This document shows, in pieces, positions 1 to 12,725 of a DNA stretch of 64,000 bases. Position numbers and translations under genes: made by a program. Source of the stretch: Tubiluchus corallicola (taxonomy: Eukaryota > Animalia > Priapulida); assembly GCA_030141605.1 (NCBI GenBank), contig JAQGDQ010000300.1:1-64000 (forward strand), written 5' to 3'. Below the pieces are notes generated by a model. That model did no database searches, was not told the origin of the DNA, and was given only the letters and a program-made list of their open reading frames with translations. Position 1 is the stretch's first letter, and each line of letters opens with the position of its first letter.

Positions 1-606
1 GCTAACATCAACAACATCGACAGCAACAACAACAACAGTGGCGTCATCAACGAGCATGGGTCCCCCACCCAACATCGTTTTTGTCAACCGGAAGAAAGCA
101 TCCGACCAGGATAAAGATAAATGAATATTTTTTAAATAGTAAGGGTACACCCCATCGGGATAAAGATAAATGAATATTTTAAAAAGTAAATACACTTCAG
201 TCTCTGGCAATTTTAGTCTAATAGTAAAGCGCCTCAGTTTTTTCTCTTTGTACATCTAGTCTAGATAAAAGTAAAATTTTAAATACCCTATTGTCAAAAA
301 AAGAAATCTTTCAATAAAAATGTGGCTAATGCAACTTGTGAGTTTTTGGGATTATATATATATATCCTCACCTAAAAAAATACTGACTCGTTGAAAGCGT
401 GCAGACTAGAAGGCTGCAGGCATTCAATTTTATCTAGACGGCAGCTGTCCTACTGTCTGCTTGCTGTACATTCCAACGGGCTTTTTAAAAAAAAAACAGG
501 TACACGCACTTAAATAGCCGCGGGTGTCATGTCTAGCAAGTCAATTAACGGATTAAGTCCTCATTAGCCAGGTAGTCGAGTCAATTACCGGATTAAGCAA
601 TAGACA

Positions 607-789
607 CGTGCCTGCCTTGGCGTCTGATCAGATGAGTGCATTCGTTGCGGGTTTAAACATGCGAGTTAGTACAGATAGAAAGATTTTTACAAAATAGAGG
701 CGTGCCTGCCTTGGCGTCTGATCGGATGAGTGCATTCGTTGCGGGTTTAAACATGCGAGTTAGTACAGATAGAAAGATTTTTACAAAAT
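607..789 (+). repeat. Near-perfect tandem duplication, 94-bp period
   Basis: CGTGCCTGCCTTGGCGTCTGATC(A/G)GATGAGTGCATTCG...GATTTTTACAAAAT at 607-695 and 701-789. Confidence 0.95.
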
Positions 790-1308
790 GAAAAGATAAT
801 TTTAACTAACATTAGTTATTATTGTTCTGTCGGATAAAAAAAGTGGATGACGACCAAAGATCAGACTCTGCTTTAGGTAATACCGCGTCATCATCATCAT
901 CATCGTCGTCGTCATCATCATCATCGTTGGATACAGTTGACAAAAAAATAAAGAAACCCAGAAATTAATCATGCTCGGCGACGCGTGAGTAGGCTGTATG
1001 TTACACGCGGTAACGTTCGTGCTAATGGTCGGCCCGTGCTAACAATCGTGCTCGGCGGTGTGTGCGCGTGTGAGTAGACTGTATGTTGCAATTTAGACTC
1101 GCATAAAAGAACATCCTGTAGAGAAATCTTTTAGCCCATTATCTAGCTAGCTAGGCGGCGAGGCGAGAGTCGATTACCGGATTAGCCACAATTAGGGTGG
1201 AGCAAGCAAAGTGCGCAGCGAGCGCGCGTCGAACGGACGACTGCATTTAGCGCGGAGGGGGGGGGGGTGTTCTCGCCGGGCGCACCCCCCCCAAAGCGTG
1301 CGGGAGTT

Positions 1309-1507
1309 CCAACCGTCACTCCTAATCCTTAAATCGAGCACTTAACTAGCGCAACAATAGACCCACTTCACTTTTTTAGGGGGGGTGATTTTTGTTCCCA
1401 CCCCCGGCAGCCGAGGGGGGCGTGGCCCGTCGACCAACCGTCACTCCTAATCCTTAAATTGGTCACTTAACTAGCACGACAATAGAGCCACTTCACTTTT
1501 TTAGGGG
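1309..1507 (+). repeat. Direct repeat pair (~75 bp, 125-bp period)
   Basis: CCAACCGTCACTCCTAATCCTTAAAT...CCACTTCACTTTTTTAGGGG at 1309 and 1434. Confidence 0.9.
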
Positions 1508-1610
1508 TGTTTCCGGATTTTCGCACTTTTTTAGGGGTGTTTTTCCCCACCCCCCCGGGGAAATCCCCACCCCCCCCCCGGGAAATCGGCCAGAGGTGTA
1601 ACATCTAACC

Positions 1611-1827
<217 letters not shown>

Positions 1828-2939
1828 CTGAATTAAATAAAAACATGGACAGTAGTCATTTTTTTGAAAACCAAATCGATTTCAGAGAATTATTATTATT
1901 TATTTTTTTATTAATATTAATATTATTATTATTACTCTGATCAGGTGTAATCAGTGCCACATCACGCAAAACATTTAGCCTTATGAGAGTTACGACACCG
2001 AAATTAATTATTTTGGTTTAAAAGATCATTTCCCCGGCCTTTTTGGTTGTTCAATCTATTTTCTCCCAGATGCCAAGCCAACCTTTTTTCTGACCAATAC
2101 AAACTCACAGACTAGTCAAACTCGACCTCTTTTTGTCTCCCATGTTCAATCTCCTAGTCGCTCAGGAGCACTAAAATCATATTTTTCTAGCCTATTTGTA
2201 GCATAGAAGTCCCCCAGTGTCCTAGTCGCATTCCTTCTCTTAACTAATCTCTGGTTTCCATTGTTCCTTCCCCTTTTTTGATGTGTCACCTAATAAGATT
2301 TTCTTTCCAACATTATGTTTTTGCCGTTTAACATGTAATATTGTAGAATTCACTCTGTCTATGTAAAATTGCATACTGTTTGTACACTAATTTTTGCCTG
2401 CAAAAAGAGGCCAATAATAATTCTTGTTGTGCAACGGATCACGAAGCTTCTGTTTCATTAAATACTCGAATACCTTTTTGAAAAGGCATAAAGCGAATTT
2501 TAATTCCGACTTTGGCTTGCACGCATTGTATTTAACTCGTGTTTTAGTATTTCATTTGATAGTATATAAGGCGAATACTTCCCAATTCCTCCCTGGTAAA
2601 ACTTCAAGCCTTGGAACTCCAAATGCCTCACGCAAGGGCATCACTGATTTATCACATGTTACTTTGTCACTGTTTTGCGCCTCTGATTTTCACTGTGCTG
2701 TAATCCACCGGACGGTTTCAAATGTTTATGAAATCTAGTAAATCAATTGCCTGGCAAAAAGCTTGCGGGTTAGCGGGTTGATTGTCGAGAAAAATCTGTC
2801 GAATTTTCAATTCAGTTCCGTAAAACAACTACAGCAAACGGTTGGAATATTGAATATCATTGGATGCACTTATTGCCTAAAGGTTCAGCGCAAAAACTAC
2901 TGTACGTTGTACAAAGAATGGATAGTAAAAGGTGGCGTT

Positions 2940-2997
2940 TAGTAGAAGTAGGCATGGCAGTAGTAACAGTAATAGTTGTTGTAGTAGCAGCAGCAGC

Positions 2998-3053
<56 letters not shown>

Positions 3054-3093
3054 CAGTAGTAGCAGTAGCAGTAGCAGCAGTAGCAGCAGTAGC

Positions 3094-3125
<32 letters not shown>

Positions 3126-3180
3126 CAGTAGCAGTAGCAGTAGCAGTAGTAGCAGTAGCAGCAGTAGCAGTAGTAGTAGT

Positions 3181-3221
<41 letters not shown>

Positions 3222-3231
3222 TAGTAGTAGT

Positions 3232-3308
<77 letters not shown>

Positions 3309-3320
3309 CAGCAGCAGTAA
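2940..3320. repeat. Compound (GTA)n/(GCA)n microsatellite
   Basis: Directly visible; source of the poly-V/A/S/L/Y/C pseudo-ORFs. Confidence 0.98.
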
Positions 3321-5307
3321 TATATAGTATATAGTAATGATGATAATGATAACTTTGACGGCGACGAGGACAACGACGACGACAAGGGTGACAGTGATGA
3401 CGGTGATCAGCTTTCTCATTTTTATTTTTGTATGAGTTTAGACTCTAACCTTTTTCCTCTCAGATGCTTTGCACGCCTACGTGTCTCTTTCATTTGCAGT
3501 ATTTAAAAAGTTTTTCTTACAGTTGATACACAAGAGGTTCTCTGGGGGGAAACGTCTCACACTCCATTATCATCTAATGTCATCATTTCAACAAATCCCT
3601 TTTGAAATCTACTCTCTATTCTATTACATATAAAATGATACAACACATCTCACTCTTTAGCAATGGGTATTTATGAGAAATGTCAATTGTGTATGCTTGC
3701 AACTGTCAAATATGAGAGCTTTCATTACCATTTTGACAAAGTTTTGTTACAATGACGTTGCTGATTCTGCATCAGAGGGCTACAAAGAATTTATTTTTTG
3801 CGCAACTATTAAACTTTCCTTTTAACTATAAACCTGGGATTTTTCAGAAGCCTTTAGAAGCCAAAGGAAGCCAGCCAGCAGCTTTATACTTTGATGAAGA
3901 CTTTAAGTAGTCGAGCAATCTTGAGGTTAACTTGAAAAGGACGGTATATAATTTACACAGTCCGCTTTTCCCATTTCACTTCCGAAATAAAACAGCCCCG
4001 GGGTGATCGAATGTCGTCGGTTTCCGGTACATGGCCGTCAAAATTGTCTAGAATTAGCCATCAGCGTTTATTTAGGCTTCATTATTGCAGCGAGAACACG
4101 TGAAGAGTGACCGGTTGCAAAATTGGCTTCCACACCAGCAGAATCTAGATCTGGCTTCATTGACTGTTTTAAACAATGATGGCTGTCTAAACTCACCATA
4201 ACACCTAATTGTCATTACCATTGCAGGATTTCTGAGAACGTAAAATAATGCATTGAACGTGTATGGCTATCGAACACCACTTTTGTCTATCTGCGTCAGC
4301 CCCTTGCTTACAAAATCAGGAAGTCTGCAGGGCGTCTTACAATTTTTTTTTCGTACAAGGATGTGGAACTTGAGATTAGAACTCAGAGCTAATCAAGCCG
4401 AACGAACTCTTCAACAAACGGAAAGAAAGCCAAACTGCTCTAAAATGAGCTTATAACAACCTGATATGGCCTTTGCTGGCTATGACATTAAGCTTGTAAA
4501 AGGACTCCAATGTATCAACTTTAGAAAATGTTATATAAAGAAACGTTATTTTGTATCTTAAATCACCTTAGTGCTTATCTTTCAATGCTATACAAATTGT
4601 TAGTTGTCATTTTGCTGTCAAGTAATACTTCCATATTTCTCTGTGAAAGCGAAACTACCGATGTGCTAACACTAAATGTTCTATCATATTTTTTTATATT
4701 TTTCTGGTTTCCATTTGTATTTACGAACAGGACATATAATCTACTGTGAGAAACTACATTCTTTACACAGAATTAGATGTTGTTTGGGCGAATAATTTAA
4801 CTTTTTAATTTGGCTTGTTTTTTGCTACTGTGTACTTTTTACGCAGAAAGAGTCTTAAATTACGACCTCATTATTAATTGCTTTAGATTCAACTGACTTT
4901 TCCACATTTTTACCTTTTTTGCGAGTCAACCAACGGACTTATTAAACTTCTTAAGGAAAGTATTAATGGAATTACCCGGCATCTGGCTACTACACGTCAT
5001 TATCGATCACGGATAAGGAGCGGGATTAAGAAACATTGCACTTTTCGAGTGTCCATTATCGAGCCGAGCTGGAGTATTTGTTCACGTAAGTCCCTCACGT
5101 TCTATCGACCAACCTACATGCGCTATGGCATCATGGTCAATGCACGTCCAATAATCATAACATGGAATTGAAAGAAACGGCTCATCATAACAGAAGGAAC
5201 ATTACAGAAGTTATTGTTGTTTGCATTGAAATTGATTATAAAGGTAGCAATGCTTTCAAGTCTTTCCTGTAACTGATCACAACAACGTAGCAAAAAAACA
5301 GTCAGTA

Positions 5308-5500
5308 TGATAATGACGATGAGGACGACGACGACGACGACGACGACGATGATGATGTTAATGATGACGATGATGACAATAATAACGATGACGATGACGA
5401 TACGACGACGATGACGACGACGACGATGATGATGATGATGATGGTGATGATGATGGTGATGACGATTATGATAACGACGACGACGATGATGATAACGATA
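5308..5500. repeat. Degenerate (GAT/GAC)n microsatellite
   Basis: Directly visible. Confidence 0.9.
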
Positions 5501-6034
5501 TTGAAGTGCAGCTATGATAGGATGAGGATGTGACATTAACAATGAATTGATAATGAAAATCACTTTACCTTGATCTGTGTGTTAAAACGATGTTGCGTCT
5601 TCCTTTTCTGAAACCACTTTTTTGCGTTTGAGTTCATTGCAAATTCGGTAAGCCAACTAGTGTTGAACTAGTCCATGTGTTGTCGGTGTTTTTGTTACTC
5701 AAACTTTTTAGCACGCATTTCTATGGTTATTGCAGAGATTTTTGATATTTGTTGAAACTCAGACAACTTCAGTCGCGCTTTACAAAAATTCTGCTCCTGA
5801 CCATTTCTGCTTGTCGATGGTCCTATTCTAATATGCCACATCAAATGTTTGCGACCGCTTTGCAGATCAACAATGTAATATATACCTAGTGTGTCACCAC
5901 ATTATAATAGTGTTGGTGGGCTGAGCTTCGGTCTGTTTTGCGTTCAAACTTTTCAGTCACCCAGTATGTTATTTCGAGTCATGTTAAAGTAAAACACACC
6001 TATAAATTTAAAACGTACTAACCTTACTTGAGTG

Positions 6035-6200
6035 GAATTCATAAATTCCGCGTTCTGATTAGCTCAAAATTTGAATACTCACCTGTTTTCACCAGCAAGT
6101 TTATAAATACAAGTGCCGCATCCTACTTCCTGGAGTTCGGTGGTTGATGGTGTTTGCAACGCCAAACAGGACAAGCCTACACCCGCCTTCCCAGGACCTT
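6035..6200 (-). repeat. Dispersed repeat; inverted copy at 42175-42340
   Basis: Reverse complement (GTCCTGGGAAGGCGGGTGTAGGCTTGTCCTGTTTGGCG...GCTAATCAGAA) aligns by eye with 42175-42340 (GTCCTGAGAAGGCGGGAGCAGACTTGTCCTGTTTGGCG...GCCAATCAGAA). Confidence 0.75.
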
Positions 6201-6570
6201 TCTTCCAACTGTTTCGGCGTAATGTGAGGGACTGGTGAGCCCTCAAGGGTAAATTCGTTTTCTGTGTTTTTTTTTTGTTGTATGTTTCGGTTATGACAAG
6301 AGAACTCTTTTTAACAGTAACATTTTAGTTTTTACAAAATTAGTAGGTTAGCTAAGATTTTGGTCGGGTCTTCTACCGCTCTCTTAAAGCTGGTGAATGT
6401 GTCCCAGTTGCTTGGTTTATTAGTTCTGTTTCAGGATATCGATTTCGAACCGAGGCCTCTCACCCACCGATAGCACTGGTTCAAACCGTCCAGGGGTGAT
6501 TACTAAGACCCTGGCGGCGAAAACCCGACGGCCGAACAATATATATATACCGAATATATATATATATATA

Positions 6571-6709
6571 TCTGTACCAAATTTCAAGCATTTTGCTTCG
6601 TTTGTTAAAAAAGCGGAGATTATATATATATATACGGAGATTATATATATATATATATAATCTCCGCTTTTTTAACAAACGAAGCAAAATGCTTGAAATT
6701 TGGTACAGA
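6571..6709. repeat. Perfect inverted repeat (~52-bp arms) around a (TA)n core
   Basis: TCTGTACCAAATTTCAAGCATTTTGCTTCGTTTGTTAAAAAAGCGGAGATTA ... TAATCTCCGCTTTTTTAACAAACGAAGCAAAATGCTTGAAATTTGGTACAGA. Confidence 0.95.
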
Positions 6710-8379
6710 AGAACCAAAGCCTTCGGCAATTTTTTAGTTAAACGAAAATCTGGAAAGAACAACTGCACTAGTAGGCTTCGCAATATCTGCTACTTTCTTC
6801 TGGGACCTAAAGAGCTTCAACCAATCCAATTGGCAAGTTAGGAATCTTGCATTGATAATGAGTGTTACAGGTCATGAAAAATCACATGTTGCTAACAGTT
6901 AGAGAACAGTGTGGTTCATATGGTGTTGAGAATTTCTGCTGAACATTTCGGTTGACAATTGAAGGACCTCATGCCAGACATATTTTGCACCTTACATTTA
7001 AATGTTGCCCAAGCAACCGTGATCAAGTAAAAAAATGAAAAGAATTGTAAAAACGCACCTTTTCATTCATGTAAGAGCTTGTTGAGATTGAAGAAAAATT
7101 TAAAAAGAAAATTAGAAATCAAAGTGTATAGTGAATTCAGAGACAACTCATAATTCTGCTGTTTGTTGCTAGGGCTAGTGCCTCGAGTTCTTGAGGTCCT
7201 AATTTTGCTTGCAATCTTTGCAGACACTTGATCAAGATTCTTTTGTTAGCATCTAATCTTTTACTTTAGTCTTTCTATTGCACGTTTCGTAATCTTAGGA
7301 AGTAATTTACCTCACTTTAAGACGGGAAAACTCACAGTTCTGTTGTCGAAGAATTTGTAGCTCTACCAGTTGAATAATACAAGATTCACTTCTCAGTTCC
7401 AGAACATTCCAGCATGACTATTCTCTTATGACTAACATTCTAGAATGTTCCAAGCTGCAATGCAATTCTCTTGCAGGTGTTTGACTGAGCGCATTGCATT
7501 AATTATGCATACGTATCTGTAACGGTCAATGCTAAACAATAATGACCACTTACTCAATCACAACATCGCATACACGGAAACAAAGACGTATGATTAGGAT
7601 TTGGGCGCATTACGTTTTATCATGCACAGAAGTACACACCAGATCCCCAATATTCAATGCTAACAAATAATGAACATTTAGTCAATTAGTCAATCACTGC
7701 GTCATAGCAACAAGACATATAACATACATGACAAGAAGGAACAAGAAAGCGTGCTAGAGTCTCTGACGTTACCTTTAAGTTTGTGATGAGAGTGACAGAT
7801 TTCAACTGGACTGCTTCTCTAAACACTCACGAAAAATGCTTCTCATGTTCTGTAACTTCGTAATAGAGAAATTTATTTGTGAACGTGCTTTGTGAATGTT
7901 TCTTTCTATGGTGCATTGTGTATCTTTTCGTTTGTGCTAACAGGAATTGCTTTTAGGGCACCTGTTTTACTTTAACACAGTTTGAAATACACCTACAATA
8001 AATATTTTAGTAACCAAACTTTCTGACGTTTTAGACAACATTTAAGAAGAATTTATTATTGGCATATACGTTACACTACAATGACAACAGTACATACAAC
8101 AAAACAACAATAATATACGAAAGTACAAAACAAAGCTATTACATTATAGGCATAGAGTCAAAAAACACACATAACACATAACAAATTTATATAATTTTAG
8201 TGTAGATAAGTTAGCGTATCATGAAAAAATAATAAATAATGTTATCAATATTTACATGTTAGTACTATTTACTCCTTTTTTAAAACACTTAAAAGTGTAA
8301 TGGGCGACTATTTTGGTTATATCGCAGTCGTTACCCCCATTGCTTTTCGTTGTCGTTCAAGTTAATGAAATTGCTACTG

Positions 8380-8645
8380 ATGCCTGTTATATCAGAATAA
8401 CAAGATTGTCTTAACCGGTTGTAGAATGAGCAATAAAATAAAAAATGAATGTTGTCTTCTACCTGTTGGCTGTTGACAGATTCTCATATTCACAGGGACT
8501 TTAGGTTCTTGGTGTCGTCCTTTTTCATTATATATGTTATGCGTACTTATTCGCAGCTTCGTGAACATGATTTTTTCATACTTTGTAAATAGTTTTCTTG
8601 CTTAAATTCTGATTTAAACTTGCAATAAGTGCGCAGTTTATTGTT
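8380..8645 (-). mobile_element. Decayed non-LTR retrotransposon ORF2 C-terminus (RTEX-like)
   Basis: Minus strand reads, with frameshifts, KLRTYCKFKSEFKQENYL...FTKLRISTHNIYNEKGRH...RICQ...VEDNIHF..C, the KLRTY / LRISxH / C-C-EDExH-C pattern. Confidence 0.7.
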
Positions 8646-11314
8646 TAATGTTATACTTCCAAAAATCGTTGTAGGCCGCTTGTAGCTTAAATTTTACTGC
8701 AAGAATGAAGTGGGCTTCATGCATCACGCGCTAGTTTTTCCAGAGTTGTGAGAAACCAGTGTGATATAGAATGTTTTTATAAAGATTAGCCAGCAGGACA
8801 TGTAAGTAGTAACAAGATTGAAGTATTCTTGATAAGGATAATATATTAGTGTGTTATTTAGAACAGATAATATTCGTATTTAATATTCAAATCATCGTAT
8901 AACTGGCTTCACCCGCATTAAAACCACATTTATACAATCAAAATAAAATTGAAAGATTAGTGCATTCCCTTTATTGCCTTCGTGTCGATTACTGTCGCGA
9001 TTTTGAATCAAATCCTTAATGCGAATTATCCCAGTCTTGAAAAATTATTTTCATTGGTGGAATTACATCAAGCGCACCTATTTACATAATTATTATATTT
9101 AAGGATTATAGCCGTCATGCATAAAGGTGACATATGACGTCACGTAGGCTTCATCACTATGCAAAGAATAACGCGCCGTTGTTTTCAGATTTTGCTTCCA
9201 GTAAAACTGAATGACTATTTGTAATAGAAAAGAACTGTTACAGTGAAATTGGCACAATTAAAACAACTTGTTGAGACAGTTTAATAATTCTAGAAATAAT
9301 TTCTTGAAACGAAATTTGAAATAATTTAACAAAACCCTGTTTGTAATAGCCAAACATTAGACAGATTATTTTTAACACGACATAATTAACTCTTTGTAGT
9401 CTGCAGTGGTATTTATGAAGGTCTATGTTCTATATGGTCTACGTGTGGTCTATACGGTCTATGCTAGTCTACATGATCCTGTATGAAGTTACATTTTCAT
9501 AAGAATAATCTATAAAATTGAATTAAAATTATGTCAAAGTGTTTTATAAATAAAGCATCACCATTTACGCTACGCTGGTAACTGTTATATTTTTTAATAT
9601 TTTTCAATGAGTTTTGCCTTTGTGTTTGCTTCGGGTGTTGAAGCTGTACTTTGTTATCTTTGCTAGTAGAACATCTTTTGATTTGCCTTTTTACGTTAGA
9701 ATTCGTCTACGATAGACTTAATGTGAATATGATGATGGTGATGATGACGATGATAATGATGATGACGAATATTTGACCAAACAACCCCCATTGTCCTTTC
9801 TGCCGTTCCCACTTTAACATCCACTTCTTAGCGTCCAGTTCTTCTTGAAAATGCGCTCGTGAAAACTTCAAATTTCATTAAGGCTGATTAGCGCCTTGAA
9901 CTTGATCGTTAAACAGCCGTTGGCTTCTGTTAGTCGCGCAAGTATTTAACAAAATAAAGTTGAAGCTGGTCGCACTTAACGGAATTTATCATCTGTGTTC
10001 GTGAATTTAGCCACGCAATTTATTTTCATTTGACTAGTTAAATAATTATAGTGTCAGGCGTTTAATTGATGCATGGGATCCGTATAAATAAATAAAAATG
10101 AAGTCGGCTTTTACACATTTAAAATTAGCTTCGAAGTTTAAGCAGAAAAAGTCTACATCCAATATTGTGAAAATTGATCGAGTTGCCTTGCTCTAGTTTG
10201 AACCAGGATTTTTAAAAATAGTCAGATCCAGTGTTCATAAGTTTGCAAGCTACGCTTTGCGAGATACTGCAGAAGCAATAACTACTGCTGTGTTTAGATC
10301 ATAGGGGCTTTCTTTTTCAGTAAACTCATGCCAGAGATCCTGCGTATATGAAATTCAGTTGGTAATATTTTGTATGATTTTTAATAATATAAAAACATAT
10401 AATAATGCGTTCTTTTTCTAGAAAGCCATAGCTAATCATTATTAATGAAATAGGCGCTTCTACTGCTGAATTGCATTTTTATATATTTCTAGCAAAAAGA
10501 CATATATGGCTTAAAAGACATATTTTATCATATTTAATTTTTCAAAAAGTCAGACAGAGACTTACTGTAGGCCACCGTAAAATTATAGACAACAGAAAGT
10601 CAGTCTGTATTTATTAACTCCTGTTATTAATAGCGAATTCTTTTTGAACTGTTTTTATAGTGCTACTGTTAATTATTAATCTACTTATTCTACTTAAGGC
10701 CTGTTAATTACTAATCAAATTGTTTATTTTATTTTTATTTTTATTGACTTTTCATTTTTCCTGTATAGTTGAAATTCTATAATTTACTTTGATTTATTGA
10801 TCAACTGATTTATTAGTGTTTGATGAATGATGTTACTCACTCTTCCTTGATTTCATGTAGTTATCCATGTGCCGTGTGCACTTTTAATAACTGCTCACGT
10901 GAATAAGGATTGTTTGACTTAATGATTTTTCTTCCACATCTACTTAGTAAATTAATATTGTTGTAACTGATGATTTTTTAGCACACATGGAAATAAACTA
11001 TGCCAGAATTCTAAATGAATTTGACAACACGCCTCAAACACTATTGTTAGCTAAAATGCAAATGGAATTCGATAGTGCTACTAAAAAGGCTCAAATATCA
11101 TAACAGAGTAAAAATCCTGGAAGAGTATTTAAATGTGTAAGCTATGACCTCTTGTATATGGCTTGCCAGGAGGACTTTTCTGTGACATCACTTTTGTCGG
11201 TTATTCATTGATCTTTTTACATAGTACAGTTACAGTTGCAGCCTGCAGCATCGGTACCTTTGTTAAATTGTTTAATTATTAATATTACATTTCAGGTGGA
11301 AATGAGTTGGCGTC

Positions 11315-11734
11315 ATGTCGTTTCGAATAAGGTTTCGCCGGATCGGTGATTCCCTACAGGAAGCTGACATGTTATCGACCGCAGCGTCATCTATATTTGA
11401 AGCTGAAATGGTTGCGACTGAAAACTCGACACATAACATGTTTCTAACGACCGATTCTATGATGACAAATTGTGAAAATTTGTCACTGTGTGGCTCAACT
11501 GACGATTATTTAAATTTTACAATTCAGCCACCAGATTTATCAAGTGGTCGTGCTTGGTGGGCAATAATTCTTCTAGTATTTCCCATAGCGACTGTGTTCG
11601 GCAATACTTTGGTGGTGCTAAGTGTGTACAAAGAAAAGAGCTTACAATCAGTAACGAACTACTTCATAGTTAGTCTTGCTGTTGCCGATATCATGGTAGC
11701 CGTGCTGGTAATGCCTTTTGCTGTATACAATGAA
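11315..11734 (+). CDS. DRD2: D2-like dopamine receptor (class A aminergic GPCR), coding exon 1 of 4; model join(11315..11734,15864..15976,16762..17702,19944..20170), 566 aa
   Basis: Acceptor TTTCAG at 11295. TM1 '[12 protein letters not shown]', TM2 '[26 protein letters not shown]'. GTAAGT donor at 11735, phase 0. The start could be 11315 or 11369. Confidence 0.9.
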
Positions 11735-11810
11735 GTAAGTCTTGTCAGAGTAAAAAATAAATAATAAATAGCTTTTACTTTAATGCCTGTACGAATTCCA
11801 GAGTTATCCA

Positions 11811-12091
11811 TTCTGATGTTAGACTTTGCTGAAAGCTCTCTATTCTCCCTGACGATACTACAATTTTTGAGAAATAAAAGTGGTGATTAAACTTTATAGC
11901 TTGATTGAGTGGTTTGCATTTTAGTTTTTTACTTGTCCACAAATTTTAATTTCTCTTTGACGTTGGTTTGCCACTGGGCTCAAGTATAAATACGAAAGCT
12001 AGTGCTTCTTAGGCTCAATTTTCTAGCGTCATGTCTCTAGTCTCAATGAATGGTGAGAACAAATTTGCACCATTAGTCGAACTGTACCCAC
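11811..12091 (+). repeat. Diverged duplicate of 13686-13977 (includes a LINE RT remnant)
   Basis: Shared CCCTGAC..TAC...TTTTGAGAAATAAAAGTGGTGAT...TTTGCCACTGG...AATGAATGGTGA.AACAAATTTGC.CCATTA; this copy keeps GAC GAT ACT (DDT). Confidence 0.8.
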
Positions 12092-12252
12092 AGTTGTACA
12101 AAGTTTGTACTCCACCAAAGTGAGATATCAGCATCACTGTGATATCAGCAAAATACAATTTTTTCAAGAAAGTGCCGTTTCGAACTGTTAATACTACTTC
12201 CGGCGCTTTGTAAAAGCAAAAGAATAACAATGAAAATAACAAATTTGATAAA

Positions 12253-12725
12253 AGCAAAACTGGACCCGATCTTAAACTGTAGATCAAAACAATCTACTCG
12301 TTAAAATATTGAAAGGAAACATACAATTTTTTCAGAAATAACTTAAGTGAAAGAATTATTACCACACAAACACAATTTCGCGTTCGCCCCAATAGTTTTC
12401 GCTGTTACAAGCATTTTGCCATTTGCTAGTTAGACGGGTACTAGCGCCTGCATTTCGGTAACGCATTGCACAAAAAACAGGCGCTGTACCTCTCCGTTGA
12501 AATGTGTTAGTCTGTGACGAACTACACATGTGCGACAGCTCAGCGGTATGAGCTCATGTATGCATGAGCACAGCGGTAAATTTGAAATTTGAAGTTTTAT
12601 CTTAAGTTTATCTTAATAATTAAGTTATTAATCTATTATCTAATTATCAGAAACACCTCTGCACTATTAATTGTGTTAAAATGTATACTTTTTATCGGAC
12701 TTGAAAATGTATGAAAAATCATCCT
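12253..12725 (+). mobile_element. Kolobok-like non-autonomous DNA transposon, copy A
   Basis: Starts AGCAAAACTGGACCC and ends ...AAAATCATCCT|TTAA (3' TIR shortened); body shared with the copies at 22611, 28109 and 45486. Confidence 0.8.

Noticed and set aside
2-124. Open frame from the window start (…TTTTVASSTSMGPPPNIVFVNRKKASDQDKDK*)
   Set aside because: It may be the end of an element gene, but it is short, low-complexity and a second frame is also open; no product can be supported.
1370-1545. TTAGGG-containing motifs suggesting a telomere or telomere-associated repeat
   Set aside because: Only three isolated TTTTTTAGGGG copies inside larger repeats, with no tandem telomeric array.
5569-5640. 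Minus-strand mini-ORF (MNSNAKKWFQKRKTQHRFNTQIK) ending at a GTAAAG donor
   Set aside because: No compatible downstream exon or motif was found; cannot be separated from chance.
10560-11150. Possible highly decayed LINE ORF2 segment on the minus strand
   Set aside because: Only vague compositional similarity; no diagnostic motif could be read.
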